The translations under genes were made by a program, and so were the position numbers. From the IMG/VR virus record IMGVR_UViG_3300028393_000024: DNA of 47,618 nucleotides; one strand, given 5' to 3'. Every line of letters starts with the position of its first letter. Position 1 is the stretch's first letter. Of this stretch, positions 1 through 9,836 are shown in pieces. Below the pieces are notes generated by a model. That model saw only the letters and a list, made by a program, of their open reading frames with translations. It ran no database searches and was not told the origin of the DNA. This DNA comes from an uncultured virus (IMG/VR IMGVR_UViG_3300028393_000024). Taxonomy: Duplodnaviria; Heunggongvirae; Uroviricota; Caudoviricetes.

Positions 1-1
1 T

Positions 2-391
2 CAGCGATATGCTGACCCAACAAAAGAATTAGATTTTGTTATACGAGAAGCAAGACTCCAAGATCCAAAGAACAGACAAAATAGTATCGAATGCGACAAT
101 CCAACACTTCAAGCATTTTGGGAAACGCAACAAAAGCGTGTACTCGATGTGGCGCAAAGTGCCTATGGGTGGGCAATCGACAATGGTATTGCCAAAGAGC
201 AAGCAAGAGCAGTCTTACCTGAAGGATTGACCGAGAGTCGATTATATATGAATGGGACATTGCGTAGCTGGATTCACTTTATAGAACTCCGATCCGCAAA
301 TGGAACACAAAAAGAGCATCAGTTAATTGCCAAGGAATGTGCGAAAGTTATCGCTACCGTATTTCCTATGGCATCTGAGTTTGTAGAATAA
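2..391 (+). CDS. thyX: Flavin-dependent thymidylate synthase ThyX, 5'-truncated by the window
   Basis: Frame open from base 2 (QRYADPT...ARLQDPKNRQNS); motifs AKEQARAVLP, NGTLRSWIHFIELRS, TQKEH. Confidence 0.92.
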   Translation, partial: QRYADPTKELDFVIREARLQDPKNRQNSIECDNPTLQAFWETQQKRVLDVAQSAYGWAIDNGIAKEQARAVLPEGLTESRLYMNGTLRSWIHFIELRSANGTQKEHQLIAKECAKVIATVFPMASEFVE

Positions 392-414
392 AAAATATAT
401 GTTTGGAGTTTTAA

Positions 415-2205
415 ATGGCAGATGAAGTGCACGGGATAAGAGTTGACTACACAAAAGATAGTTTATTTGATGAATTGGGATTGCTTAGATTAAAAGAAAG
501 TTACATGAAAGATGATGAGGTTAGTCCTCAAGAAAGGTTTGCATATGTTTCGAAAACATTCGGAAGTGATCCTGAACACGCTCAGCGCATTTACAATTAC
601 GCCAGTAATCATTGGCTCAGCTATTCTACTCCAATCCTTTCTTTTGGTCGTTCTCGTCGTGGGCTACCCATTTCATGCTTTCTTAACTATATTGAAGATA
701 CAGCGGAGGGTCTAGTTGATAACCTATCTGAAACAAATTGGCTCTCTATGCTTGGAGGTGGTGTCGGCATCGGTTTCGGCATTCGCTCAGCGGATGATAA
801 GTCTACTGGAGTTATGCCCCACCTTAAAATGTATGATGCATCATCTCTCGCTTACAGACAAGGTAGGACTCGTCGTGGGAGTTACGCTGCCTACTTGTCT
901 ATTGATCATCCAGATATTATCAATTTTCTAGAGATGCGCAAACCAACAGGCGATCAAAACATGCGTACTCTAAACATGCATCATGGAATTAATATTCCTG
1001 ATCGGTTTATGGAAATTATTGAGCAATCTATGCTTGATACAAACTTCGATGACTCTTGGGAACTTGTTGACCCAGCATCCAAGGAAGTACGTGAAACAGT
1101 ATCAGCAAAGGAACTTTGGCAGAAACTGCTTGAGATGCGTATGATGACTGGTGAACCATATCTTCATTTCATCGATGAATCTAATCGTAAGATGCCGCAG
1201 CACTTAAAAGATCTTGGTTTAAAAATTAATCAATCAAATCTTTGCTCAGAAATTATTCTACCAACAAATGAAAAGCGCACTGCTGTTTGTTGTTTGTCTT
1301 CATTAAACTTGGAGTACTATGATGAGTGGAAAGATGAACTACACTTCCTTCGCGATGTTGCTGAAATGCTCGATAACGTGTTGGAGTATTTTATTACTAA
1401 TGCACCTGATACCATTTCCAGGGCTGTATACTCTGCTACTCGTGAGCGTAGTATTGGCATTGGTGCCTTAGGATGGCATGCTTATCTGCAGAAGAATAAT
1501 ATTCCATGGGAATCATCATTGGCAGTTGGTAGAAACAAAAACATCTTTAAAACTATAAGAGAGAAATTAGATGTCGCTAATAAAGAACTTGGATTGGAGA
1601 GAGGTGAAGCACCTGATGCGATGGGTACTGGGAATCGCTTTAGTCATCTTATGGCTATTGCTCCCAATGCTTCTTCTTCCATTCTTATGGGCAATACTAG
1701 TCCTAGCATTGAACCTTATCGTGCCAATGCTTATCGTCAAGACACTCTTTCGGGTTCTCACCTGAATAAGAATCGTTACCTCGATAAAATTATTAAAGAG
1801 AAAGCAAAAGATGAAAATGAATACAATGAAATTTGGTCAAGTATCATTGCCAATGACGGATCCGTACAACATATGGAATCCTTGGACGAATGGACAAGAG
1901 ACGTATTCAAAACAAGTATGGAAATCGATCAGCGTTGGCTCATTCAACATGCTAGCGACAGACAAGAATATATTGACCAAGCACAATCAGTCAATCTTTT
2001 CTTTAGACCTGACAGCCATATTAAATACATCCATGCTGTTCACTTTATGGCATGGAAACAAAAACTAAAGACTCTCTACTATTGCCGCAGTGATAAGATT
2101 GCTAAGGCTGATAAAGTATCAAAGCGTATTGAGCGAGAAATCATAAAAGAAATTAATTTGCATGACCTGACGGAAGGCACTGAATGTTTGGCATGCGAGG
2201 GATAA
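415..2205 (+). CDS. nrdA: Ribonucleotide reductase class Ia alpha subunit, no N-terminal ATP cone
   Basis: PISCF, SNLCSEI, AIAPNASSS, KTLYY and C-terminal CLACEG motifs. Confidence 0.97.
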   Translation: MADEVHGIRVDYTKDSLFDELGLLRLKESYMKDDEVSPQERFAYVSKTFGSDPEHAQRIYNYASNHWLSYSTPILSFGRSRRGLPISCFLNYIEDTAEGLVDNLSETNWLSMLGGGVGIGFGIRSADDKSTGVMPHLKMYDASSLAYRQGRTRRGSYAAYLSIDHPDIINFLEMRKPTGDQNMRTLNMHHGINIPDRFMEIIEQSMLDTNFDDSWELVDPASKEVRETVSAKELWQKLLEMRMMTGEPYLHFIDESNRKMPQHLKDLGLKINQSNLCSEIILPTNEKRTAVCCLSSLNLEYYDEWKDELHFLRDVAEMLDNVLEYFITNAPDTISRAVYSATRERSIGIGALGWHAYLQKNNIPWESSLAVGRNKNIFKTIREKLDVANKELGLERGEAPDAMGTGNRFSHLMAIAPNASSSILMGNTSPSIEPYRANAYRQDTLSGSHLNKNRYLDKIIKEKAKDENEYNEIWSSIIANDGSVQHMESLDEWTRDVFKTSMEIDQRWLIQHASDRQEYIDQAQSVNLFFRPDSHIKYIHAVHFMAWKQKLKTLYYCRSDKIAKADKVSKRIEREIIKEINLHDLTEGTECLACEG

Positions 2206-2206
2206 A

Positions 2207-3199
2207 ATGATTACAAAAACAAAAACAAAACTAACAGACCAACGTAACTACTTCAAACCATTCAACTATCCATGGGCATATGATGCTTGGTTAAAACATG
2301 AGCAAGCGCACTGGCTTCACTCAGAAGTACCCATGGCTGAAGATGTAAAAGACTGGAAGAAGAAACTAACCAATGAAGAAAAGCAATTCCTAACCAACAT
2401 CTTTCGTTTCTTCACTCAAGGTGACATTGATGTGGCAGGTGGTTACGTCAATAATTACCTACCTTACTTTCCTCAACCAGAAGTGCGTATGATGCTGATG
2501 GGATTTGCGGCACGTGAAGCATTACATATTGCTGCGTATTCTCACCTTATTGAAACACTGGGTTTACCAGAATCTACATATAATCAATTCTTAGAGTATC
2601 AGGAGATGAAGGATAAACATGACTATGTTCTTGACCTTTCTAGTCGAAATGGGACAATCGCTTCTACTGCTGAGCATATTGCTGTGTTTAGCGCATTTAC
2701 TGAGGGAATGCAGCTTTTCAGTTCTTTTATTATGTTGCTTAATTTTCCTCGTCATGGCTTAATGAAAGGAATGGGTCAGATTGTTACTTGGTCTATTGTT
2801 GATGAAACAATGCATGCTGAATCAATGATTCGTTTATTCAAAGAATATGTAAAAGAAAACAATGAAATCTGGAACGATGAACTCAAGAGTAAGATTTATA
2901 CCATTGCTGAAAAGATGGTTGAGTTGGAAGATAAGTTCATTGACCTTTGTTACCAAGGTGCTGACATGAGAGATTTGTCTGCTGCAGATGTTAAACATTA
3001 TATTCGTTACATTGCTGATCGTAGACTTATATCTCTTGGTATGAAAGGTATCTTTAAAGTTAAAAAGAATCCACTACCATGGGTTGAAGAAATGATCAAC
3101 GCACCAGTACATGGCAACTTCTTTGAGAATCGTGTAACTGACTACGCCAAAGGTGCTCTCTCAGGTGACTGGGGTGATGTTTGGGGGAAAGCAGCATGA
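2207..3199 (+). CDS. nrdB: Ribonucleotide reductase class Ia beta subunit
   Basis: REALHIAAY, EGMQLFSSF, DETMH di-iron motifs; NFFENRVTDY. Confidence 0.97.
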   Translation: MITKTKTKLTDQRNYFKPFNYPWAYDAWLKHEQAHWLHSEVPMAEDVKDWKKKLTNEEKQFLTNIFRFFTQGDIDVAGGYVNNYLPYFPQPEVRMMLMGFAAREALHIAAYSHLIETLGLPESTYNQFLEYQEMKDKHDYVLDLSSRNGTIASTAEHIAVFSAFTEGMQLFSSFIMLLNFPRHGLMKGMGQIVTWSIVDETMHAESMIRLFKEYVKENNEIWNDELKSKIYTIAEKMVELEDKFIDLCYQGADMRDLSAADVKHYIRYIADRRLISLGMKGIFKVKKNPLPWVEEMINAPVHGNFFENRVTDYAKGALSGDWGDVWGKAA

Positions 3200-3345
3200 C
3201 AACTAAACACTTTGAGTGTGAAGAATGTGGTGCTGAAGGAAAAATTATAGTAAAGGGTAGCGACGTTCGTCTAGAAGACATCGTCTACTGTCCTGTTTGT
3301 TCTGGTGACATCTTCGAAGAAGAGGACTTAGAAGAGGACGACTAA
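3196..3345 (+). CDS. Small zinc-ribbon protein (49 aa)
   Basis: MTTKHFECEECG...YCPVCSG with acidic tail; ATGA overlap with nrdB stop; below the ORF-track cutoff. Confidence 0.75.
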   Translation: MTTKHFECEECGAEGKIIVKGSDVRLEDIVYCPVCSGDIFEEEDLEEDD

Positions 3346-3356
3346 ATAAATCTACT

Positions 3357-3782
3357 ATGTGGATTTATAAAGATAATATTGTCGAAGAATTGCCAGAAGA
3401 TTGTGTCGGATTTGTTTATGAAATAACAAACCTGACCACCAGCCGTAAGTATATTGGCAAGAAATTAGCCAAGTTTTCTAAAACAACCTATCGCATGGTT
3501 AAACTGAAAAACGGCACAAAAAAGAAAAAGAAAATCAGGTCTAAGATTGACTCAGACTGGATGGAATATTATGGTTCTAGTATTGAATTGAGTAAGGATG
3601 TTGAAGAACTTGGTAAAGAGAACTTCAAACGAGAGATTCTTTTTTATTGTAAATCAAAAGCTGAGTGTTCATACATAGAAGCCAGAGAACAATTTACTAG
3701 AAGAGTGTTGGAATCAATGGATTATTACAATGGTCAAATCAGTGTAAGAGTTCATGGTTCTCATATCAGAGGAAAGTTATGA
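3357..3782 (+). CDS. GIY-YIG family nuclease-like protein
   Basis: GFVYEITN...KYIGKK and YYGSS motifs; preceded by late-type CTAAATA. Confidence 0.7.
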   Translation: MWIYKDNIVEELPEDCVGFVYEITNLTTSRKYIGKKLAKFSKTTYRMVKLKNGTKKKKKIRSKIDSDWMEYYGSSIELSKDVEELGKENFKREILFYCKSKAECSYIEAREQFTRRVLESMDYYNGQISVRVHGSHIRGKL

Positions 3783-4960
3783 CATACTTATTATATTTTA
3801 CCGCTGTCTGTTTATCAGCAGTGGCAGCGTACTATTCAATTGCTGGATTGGCATCAATCTTTGCAGCTGCAGTTATTCCTATTGTTGTAATGGGAACAGT
3901 GCTGGAGTTTGCTAAATTGGTTGTTGCATCATGGATCTATCGCAGTTGGAATCAAATCCCAATGTTAATGCGTAGCTACTTTGTTGTGGCATTAATCATT
4001 CTCATGTCTTTAACATCGATGGGTATCTTTGGTTATCTATCAAAGGCACACTTGGACCAAGCAGTACCGACAGGTGCTGTTACTTCACAGATAGCAATTT
4101 TTGACGAAAAGATTAGAACAGAAAAGGAAAACATTAATGCGTCAAGAGCCCAACTCAAACAAATGGACTCACAAGTTGACCAGACAATTGGAAGAAGCGA
4201 AGATGCGAAAGGAGTGGAGAGATCTCTACAGATTAGACGAGGACAGCAAAAGGAAAGAAGTTTACTACTTGCTGAGATTGGATCTTCTCAAACCAGAATC
4301 GCCAGACTAAATGAAGAAAGAGCACCGATCGCTGCGGAACTGAGAAAAGTTGAAGCAGAAGTTGGACCAATTAAATACATAGCAGCATTATTATACGGAG
4401 ATAACCCTGACCAAAGTATTTTGGAAAAGGCTGTTCGTATTGTAATAATTATGATTGTGATAGTTTTTGATCCATTGGCTGTTTTGCTATTAATGGCAGC
4501 CAGTATACCACTTAAAAAAGAAGGAGAAACCAATGGCAACTCAACAGAAGAAACCAGCAGTAGCAGTGAAGTCAGCACCAGTGAAGAAAGTATCACCAGT
4601 CAAGACACCAGCGAAGAAGAAAGTTCAGTCAACAGAATTAAAGAACGATTCTTTAACAAGTTTAGAAAACCAACCACAACAGTGGAACAACAAACTTCAG
4701 AAAGCAGTTCCAATTCAAGAGACAACAGTTCAAGTGGTCCCACAAGTGCAGGAGTCACAACCAACACCGAAGATTCTACCACACCAGTGGATCATGCAGA
4801 AGCTGAGAAAACTGATTGGGAAATAAGTCCACCACCAGAGCCACATCAAGAAATTGAATTGGATTCTGCTGGTAGAGTAATGACACCAGTCCACCCAGAC
4901 TTTATTGTTGACTGGAGTAACAAAGACACATCGCCCAAGGCAGTTCGAAAGCAAGAATAA
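3779..4960 (+). CDS. Membrane protein with coiled-coil (3 N-terminal TM segments, 1 later TM, low-complexity tail)
   Basis: Hydrophobic segments, GIFGYLSKAH, EVGPIKYIA, VFDPLAV. Confidence 0.75.
   Translation: MTYLLYFTAVCLSAVAAYYSIAGLASIFAAAVIPIVVMGTVLEFAKLVVASWIYRSWNQIPMLMRSYFVVALIILMSLTSMGIFGYLSKAHLDQAVPTGAVTSQIAIFDEKIRTEKENINASRAQLKQMDSQVDQTIGRSEDAKGVERSLQIRRGQQKERSLLLAEIGSSQTRIARLNEERAPIAAELRKVEAEVGPIKYIAALLYGDNPDQSILEKAVRIVIIMIVIVFDPLAVLLLMAASIPLKKEGETNGNSTEETSSSSEVSTSEESITSQDTSEEESSVNRIKERFFNKFRKPTTTVEQQTSESSSNSRDNSSSGPTSAGVTTNTEDSTTPVDHAEAEKTDWEISPPPEPHQEIELDSAGRVMTPVHPDFIVDWSNKDTSPKAVRKQE
4533..4826 (+). CDS. Nested out-of-frame Lys/Pro/Ala-rich protein (97 aa)
   Basis: GAAGGAG RBS before ATG; open frame lies fully inside the 3779-4960 ORF. 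Confidence 0.5.
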   Translation: MATQQKKPAVAVKSAPVKKVSPVKTPAKKKVQSTELKNDSLTSLENQPQQWNNKLQKAVPIQETTVQVVPQVQESQPTPKILPHQWIMQKLRKLIGK

Positions 4961-5010
4961 ACCCTTATATCCCTAAATAGTATTGTAAACTACAATACCT
5001 GGGGATATAC

Positions 5011-5541
5011 ATGGAACAAAAAGAAGTAAAACCACTATCTAGATCCGAACGAGAAGCACTTGTAAAAGACAAGGCTGGCTGGGTAATTACCGTATTGGCT
5101 GCATTGCTCGCAGTTAACACTCTAATGAGTGGATCAAACTCAAGTAAAATCCTCAACAACACAATTGAGGCAAACAATACTTGGGCATTCTATCAAGCAA
5201 AATCAATCAAACAAACCCTTGCTGAACTCCAACTGGAAAATGCCAAGGATCCTAAAAAGATTAGACAAATAGCAGCCAAGATCGAACGCTATGAATCTGA
5301 TCCAGCAACTGGTGAGGGTAAAAAAGAGTTGATGGCAAAAGCACGTGGTCTAGAAGCCGAACGTGCAGATGCTAGACAACGCAGCCCATACTACACATAC
5401 GCTGGTAGCATTTTCCAAATTTCAATTGTACTATTAACTGCAGCTATTCTTGCAGTTAGCATGCCTCTTTTCTGGGGTAGCATGGTAGTGGGCAGTTTTG
5501 GGGCAGTGCTAATGTCACAAGCAATCTGGTTAATATTGTAA
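5011..5541 (+). CDS. Membrane protein, DUF4337-like
   Basis: NTWAFYQAKSIK motif between TM segments. Confidence 0.7.
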   Translation: MEQKEVKPLSRSEREALVKDKAGWVITVLAALLAVNTLMSGSNSSKILNNTIEANNTWAFYQAKSIKQTLAELQLENAKDPKKIRQIAAKIERYESDPATGEGKKELMAKARGLEAERADARQRSPYYTYAGSIFQISIVLLTAAILAVSMPLFWGSMVVGSFGAVLMSQAIWLIL

Positions 5542-5551
5542 AGGCAGTTTT

Positions 5552-6169
5552 ATGGCTGATACACCAAAACAAGATTCATCCTGGATATCTTCCGCTGTCG
5601 ATTTAATTAAGTGGATAGACAATCCATTTAAGTTATTTGAAGTTATCATCCTAGCAACTCTAATTTTCGTTGGTTACATTTGTTGGGACAGTCGTACTGT
5701 AATTCTAGAAGCAATCACCAATCAAAACAAACACCCAGAGTTAAAAGATACCTCAGGTCTAATTCCAATTGTCACCAAACTCGCAGAAGATGTTGGAGCA
5801 AATACAGTTGTAATCTATAAGGCGAATCTCTATACCAACTCAAGAACAGTTGCGTATGCGAAGAATGAAAAGGGTGAGGACAAATCTATTGTAAATAATA
5901 CAAGCAGTTTATTCACAGATTCTCCAGAAAGAACCAAGGCAATGATAGGAATGCTCGGTGGTGATGTGGTTTGTGACAAGATAGAATTGATCACGAAACC
6001 AGATGGATGGGAAGCAAAGCAAAGTGGTAGATTCATATGCCGAAGCGCAGTTCCCCCAGATGTTGGATCTTTCGCTGGTTACATTAGTTTAACATGGAAA
6101 GAAGAACCAAAGGACTTACCTTCTATAAAAACTGCAATAAAACTAGCATCAGAAGAGATGGACAAATGA
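5552..6169 (+). CDS. Putative T4 gp t-like holin
   Basis: About 205 aa, single N-proximal TM helix and a large soluble C-terminal domain with two Cys. Confidence 0.5.
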   Translation: MADTPKQDSSWISSAVDLIKWIDNPFKLFEVIILATLIFVGYICWDSRTVILEAITNQNKHPELKDTSGLIPIVTKLAEDVGANTVVIYKANLYTNSRTVAYAKNEKGEDKSIVNNTSSLFTDSPERTKAMIGMLGGDVVCDKIELITKPDGWEAKQSGRFICRSAVPPDVGSFAGYISLTWKEEPKDLPSIKTAIKLASEEMDK

Positions 6170-6445
6170 ATGAAATTTCTTTTGTTCCTGTTGTTGTGTG
6201 TAACTGCTACTACTTCATCGCAAGAAGCAGAAATATCATGCAATATCGGAGAGTTTAAGCATATAAGTTTTACAGTGCATGAGCCAAGCGAACGTAAACA
6301 ATTAACATTATTATGGGTAAAGAAAAACAGATGCAATAAAGAAGAACTTACTCTGATCTACAATAACCTCTCTGCATGGCTAGGCACTGCCGATAATTTA
6401 GAAATAAGAAATTTAATAGAGACAAAATATAGAAATGAGAAGTAA
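6170..6445 (+). CDS. Small secreted protein
   Basis: Signal peptide MKFLLFLLLCVTATTS; two Cys in the mature part. Confidence 0.6.
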   Translation: MKFLLFLLLCVTATTSSQEAEISCNIGEFKHISFTVHEPSERKQLTLLWVKKNRCNKEELTLIYNNLSAWLGTADNLEIRNLIETKYRNEK

Positions 6446-6453
6446 AGGTTTAG

Positions 6454-7233
6454 ATGGATCCGTTAACACTCTTTGCTTTGGCGAATGGGGCAGTTTCAGC
6501 TGTCAAAGCAGGGTGCAAACTTTATAAAGATATAAAGGGTGCAGCTGGGGATGTAAAAGATGTTCTCAAAGATCTAGATCACCAGTTCCATGATGCTTAC
6601 GCAGCCAAGGGTAAGGCTCCATCTCCAGAAGCCAAAAAACAATTTCAAGAAGAAAAAACTCGTGTAGTTGAGTTAAACAAAAAGTCTGCCGAAACCAACA
6701 ATATCTATGGTGAGATCGGTGATCATCTTGGCGTATACTACGACAACTACTATAAGTGTATAGCAGTATTTGAAGAAGAAGAGAAACGAAGTAAAACAGA
6801 AGTATACACAGGTGATGCGAGTCTAGGTAAGCGTGCTCTTCAACGTGTTCTAATGAAGAAACAGTTAGAGCAGATGGGTACTGAGTTACAAGAATTGATG
6901 ATTTATCAAAGTCCGCCAGAACTTGGTGCACTTTGGACTGATGTTAACGCAATGATGAAGAAGCTGGGTGCTGAACAAAAGGTTCTCCTCACAAAGCAAA
7001 TTCAAATACAGGCTGTACAAGAGAAACGTCGTAGAGCAAGACGCAAGCAATTGCATGTAGAATTTATGGTTGGTGTTGCAATTTTATTCATTATGTTTAC
7101 GATGGCTGGTATGTTTATGTGGGTGGCATACGATCGACAACAAAAGTATCCACAGTTTGGGAATGAATTATTTCCTAAAACTGAAAGCCAAAGAAGAGAA
7201 GATGCTGCACCAAAACGCTATGTTGGACGCTAA
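6454..7233 (+). CDS. Hypothetical helical protein with C-terminal TM
   Basis: 259-aa ORF. Confidence 0.7.
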   Translation: MDPLTLFALANGAVSAVKAGCKLYKDIKGAAGDVKDVLKDLDHQFHDAYAAKGKAPSPEAKKQFQEEKTRVVELNKKSAETNNIYGEIGDHLGVYYDNYYKCIAVFEEEEKRSKTEVYTGDASLGKRALQRVLMKKQLEQMGTELQELMIYQSPPELGALWTDVNAMMKKLGAEQKVLLTKQIQIQAVQEKRRRARRKQLHVEFMVGVAILFIMFTMAGMFMWVAYDRQQKYPQFGNELFPKTESQRREDAAPKRYVGR

Positions 7234-7270
7234 ATAGATGAGTAACCCATAACCCAATGATTGGAAATTA

Positions 7271-8089
7271 ATGAAAAAGATCTTAGCAATTCTACTGTGT
7301 GTAACAAGTCTTAGTGCCTTCTCTTGGACTCAACGAGCACCTTTCCCTATCCAACAGTGCCAAGTCCACGCACCCTATGGATTCCCTCAAGCAGCTGGTG
7401 TTCAACCACTATGTCAACAGGCATATCTAGTTGGCTATGATGCCCCTGCCAAACTACCAAGGTTTGTAACCTATGAACTACTTCCACAAAATGCGTTGGG
7501 TTGTGTGGCTCGTACTAATGCTTTTGCCGCCAATCAGTATGTTCCTAATGGTGCTGTTCCTGCTGACTATGTTGGAACTAATTACGATAAAGGACATATG
7601 GCACCTGATGGCGATCTATCTTGGAACACACAAGTAGAGTTTGAATCATTCCTTATGACCAACATGAGCCCACAAGCAGGTTCACTAAATCGTGGTATTT
7701 GGAAACTATTAGAAACATCAGTTCGTGGTTGGGTTGTTCAACGCAATCAATCATACACAGTATATGTCGGTGGATTATATAACGCAACTGACAAGCGTAT
7801 CGGTAATGGTGTAGTTGTGCCACATGCTTTCTATAAGATTGTTATCAACAACCAAACTAAAGAAATTGCTGGCTGGTCATTTCCCCATGTTGCTCCATAT
7901 CCAAATTTAGGTAACGATTTAACTAAATTCCGTATGCCAGTTGCTCAGATTATGCAAACAGCTGGTGTTACATATGCTTTCCCACAAGGTGCTATAGAAT
8001 TGACTCCAGGAAAAGAATGGCCAGTTGATTATGGAGCACTAACTAAAGCAAAGCGTGCCAAGTGTGGTGCGACTGCTTCTGACGACTAA
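7271..8089 (+). CDS. Secreted DNA/RNA non-specific endonuclease (NucA/EndA family)
   Basis: Signal peptide; YDKGHMAP, NMSPQ...LNRGIWKLLE, VPHAFYKIV. Confidence 0.9.
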   Translation: MKKILAILLCVTSLSAFSWTQRAPFPIQQCQVHAPYGFPQAAGVQPLCQQAYLVGYDAPAKLPRFVTYELLPQNALGCVARTNAFAANQYVPNGAVPADYVGTNYDKGHMAPDGDLSWNTQVEFESFLMTNMSPQAGSLNRGIWKLLETSVRGWVVQRNQSYTVYVGGLYNATDKRIGNGVVVPHAFYKIVINNQTKEIAGWSFPHVAPYPNLGNDLTKFRMPVAQIMQTAGVTYAFPQGAIELTPGKEWPVDYGALTKAKRAKCGATASDD

Positions 8090-8100
8090 AGGAGACTTAA

Positions 8101-8217
8101 ATGTTAGATACACTATTTTGGGTAGCAATTGGGGCATTTGTTGGTTGGAACTTTCCACAGCCTTTTTGGGCAAAGATAATTCAAGAAAAAATTCAAACAA
8201 TGATTGCGAGAAAATAA
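8101..8217 (+). CDS. Small membrane protein (38 aa)
   Basis: AAGGAG RBS; MLDTLFWVAIGAFVGWNFPQPFWAK. Confidence 0.6.
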   Translation: MLDTLFWVAIGAFVGWNFPQPFWAKIIQEKIQTMIARK

Positions 8218-8272
8218 TGTTTAGTACAGATGAAGGTTGTCCAGTGTGTGGTGGTAAACACCCTAAGAAATA

Positions 8273-8659
8273 ATGGCTTACTCTGATAAAGTAATCGACC
8301 ACTATGAAAATCCACGTAATGTGGGTTCTCTAGATAAAGACGATCCATCAGTTGGAACTGGTATGGTTGGTGCACCTGCTTGTGGTGATGTGATGAAACT
8401 ACAAATTAAGGTAGATGAAAATGGTATTATTAGAGATGCTAAGTTCAAGACATATGGCTGTGGTTCAGCAATCGCCAGTTCGTCGCTGGTTACAGAATGG
8501 GTTAAGGGGATGCACATTAACGATGCTGTTAATTTACGCAACTCTCAGATTGCCGAAGAACTAGCATTACCACCTGTTAAGATTCACTGCTCAATACTTG
8601 CAGAAGATGCAATTAAAGCAGCGATACATGACTATCAATTGAAATGTGAGTGTGTATGA
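8273..8659 (+). CDS. iscU: Fe-S cluster scaffold IscU
   Basis: YSDKVIDHYENPRNVG, GAPACGD, KTYGCGSAIASSS, LPPVKIHCS. Confidence 0.97.
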   Translation: MAYSDKVIDHYENPRNVGSLDKDDPSVGTGMVGAPACGDVMKLQIKVDENGIIRDAKFKTYGCGSAIASSSLVTEWVKGMHINDAVNLRNSQIAEELALPPVKIHCSILAEDAIKAAIHDYQLKCECV

Positions 8660-8967
8660 TAAATTTAACTGAATCAGCAAAACAACAACTTACCGAAATT
8701 CTTTTAGATGAACCATCCATGAAATATGTAAGGGCATTTATCACTGGTGGTGGCTGCTCTGGATTTAACTATGGGTTTACACTTGAAGCAGATAAAGAAG
8801 AAGATGACTTTGTTATAGACAATCTTGTAGTTGATGCCATGAGCATGACTTACTTTGAGAATGCAACCATTGACTTTACCAGCGACAAATTAAAAGGTTC
8901 ACAGTTTGTTATATCGAACCCAAATGCAAAATCAACCTGCGGATGTGGTAGTTCGTTTAGTGTATGA
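8656..8967 (+). CDS. A-type Fe-S carrier (IscA/ErpA family)
   Basis: GGGCSGFNY and CGCGSSF motifs. Confidence 0.92.
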   Translation: MINLTESAKQQLTEILLDEPSMKYVRAFITGGGCSGFNYGFTLEADKEEDDFVIDNLVVDAMSMTYFENATIDFTSDKLKGSQFVISNPNAKSTCGCGSSFSV

Positions 8968-9818
8968 AATACCGCACGATATTCATAAGTGATGTTCACT
9001 TAGGTACTCGTGATTGTCAAGCAGCTAAGTTAAATAATTTCCTCAAACATAATACGTGTGATACTCTATATTTGGTTGGGGACATTATTGATGCTTGGAA
9101 AATTCAGCAGAACAAGTGGCGTTGGAAACAATCTCATACTAATGTAGTTCGTAGAATCCTTGGTCACGCCAAACGTGGCACAAGAGTTATATACGTTGCA
9201 GGTAATCATGATGAATTCTTAAGACCAATGATCCCATACGGATTTTCTTTTGGTCTGATTGAAATTAAAAATCAAACAGAACATATTGGCGCAGATGGTA
9301 AGCATTATCTAATAACGCATGGTGATTTATTTGATGGTATTACTAGACTTGCTCCATGGCTTGCATTTCTTGGTGATAAACTATACGATCTAGTTCTTGA
9401 TTGGAACTCTCGTTTCAATTGGGTTCGTCATAAAATGGGTTTTGGGTATTGGTCGCTGAGTAAATATTTAAAGCATAAAGTAAAGAAAGCATCGGACTTT
9501 ATGTTTCAGTTTGAACGCAATCTTGCTGGTTATTGTAAGAAGCGAGGTTACGATGGAGTAATCTGTGGCCACATTCATCATGCTGAAATCAAACAGATTG
9601 ATGGCGTGATATATATGAATGATGGTGACTGGGTTGAGTCATGTACTGCTCTTGTTGAGCATCATGACGGTAAATGGGAAATTATAACTTGGACCAAGGA
9701 GAATGACCATGAAAGTTCGCAAGATAGTAAAGAAGATGTATCAAGCGTGCGTGAGCCACGACAAGATCAAAGAAAAGAAGTTGTGGTTGAAAGCGTTGAA
9801 GAAATCACTAAAGCATAA
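8964..9818 (+). CDS. LpxH-like/PlcP-like metallophosphoesterase
   Basis: SDVHLG, GDIID, GNHD, HGD, GHIH, NDGDWVESCTA motifs. Confidence 0.88.
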   Translation: MKYRTIFISDVHLGTRDCQAAKLNNFLKHNTCDTLYLVGDIIDAWKIQQNKWRWKQSHTNVVRRILGHAKRGTRVIYVAGNHDEFLRPMIPYGFSFGLIEIKNQTEHIGADGKHYLITHGDLFDGITRLAPWLAFLGDKLYDLVLDWNSRFNWVRHKMGFGYWSLSKYLKHKVKKASDFMFQFERNLAGYCKKRGYDGVICGHIHHAEIKQIDGVIYMNDGDWVESCTALVEHHDGKWEIITWTKENDHESSQDSKEDVSSVREPRQDQRKEVVVESVEEITKA

Positions 9819-9836
9819 ACATACTCAAACAGTTCA

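Noticed and set aside
415..3199. Introns or inteins in nrdA/nrdB
   Set aside because: Both frames are continuous and of compact, normal length
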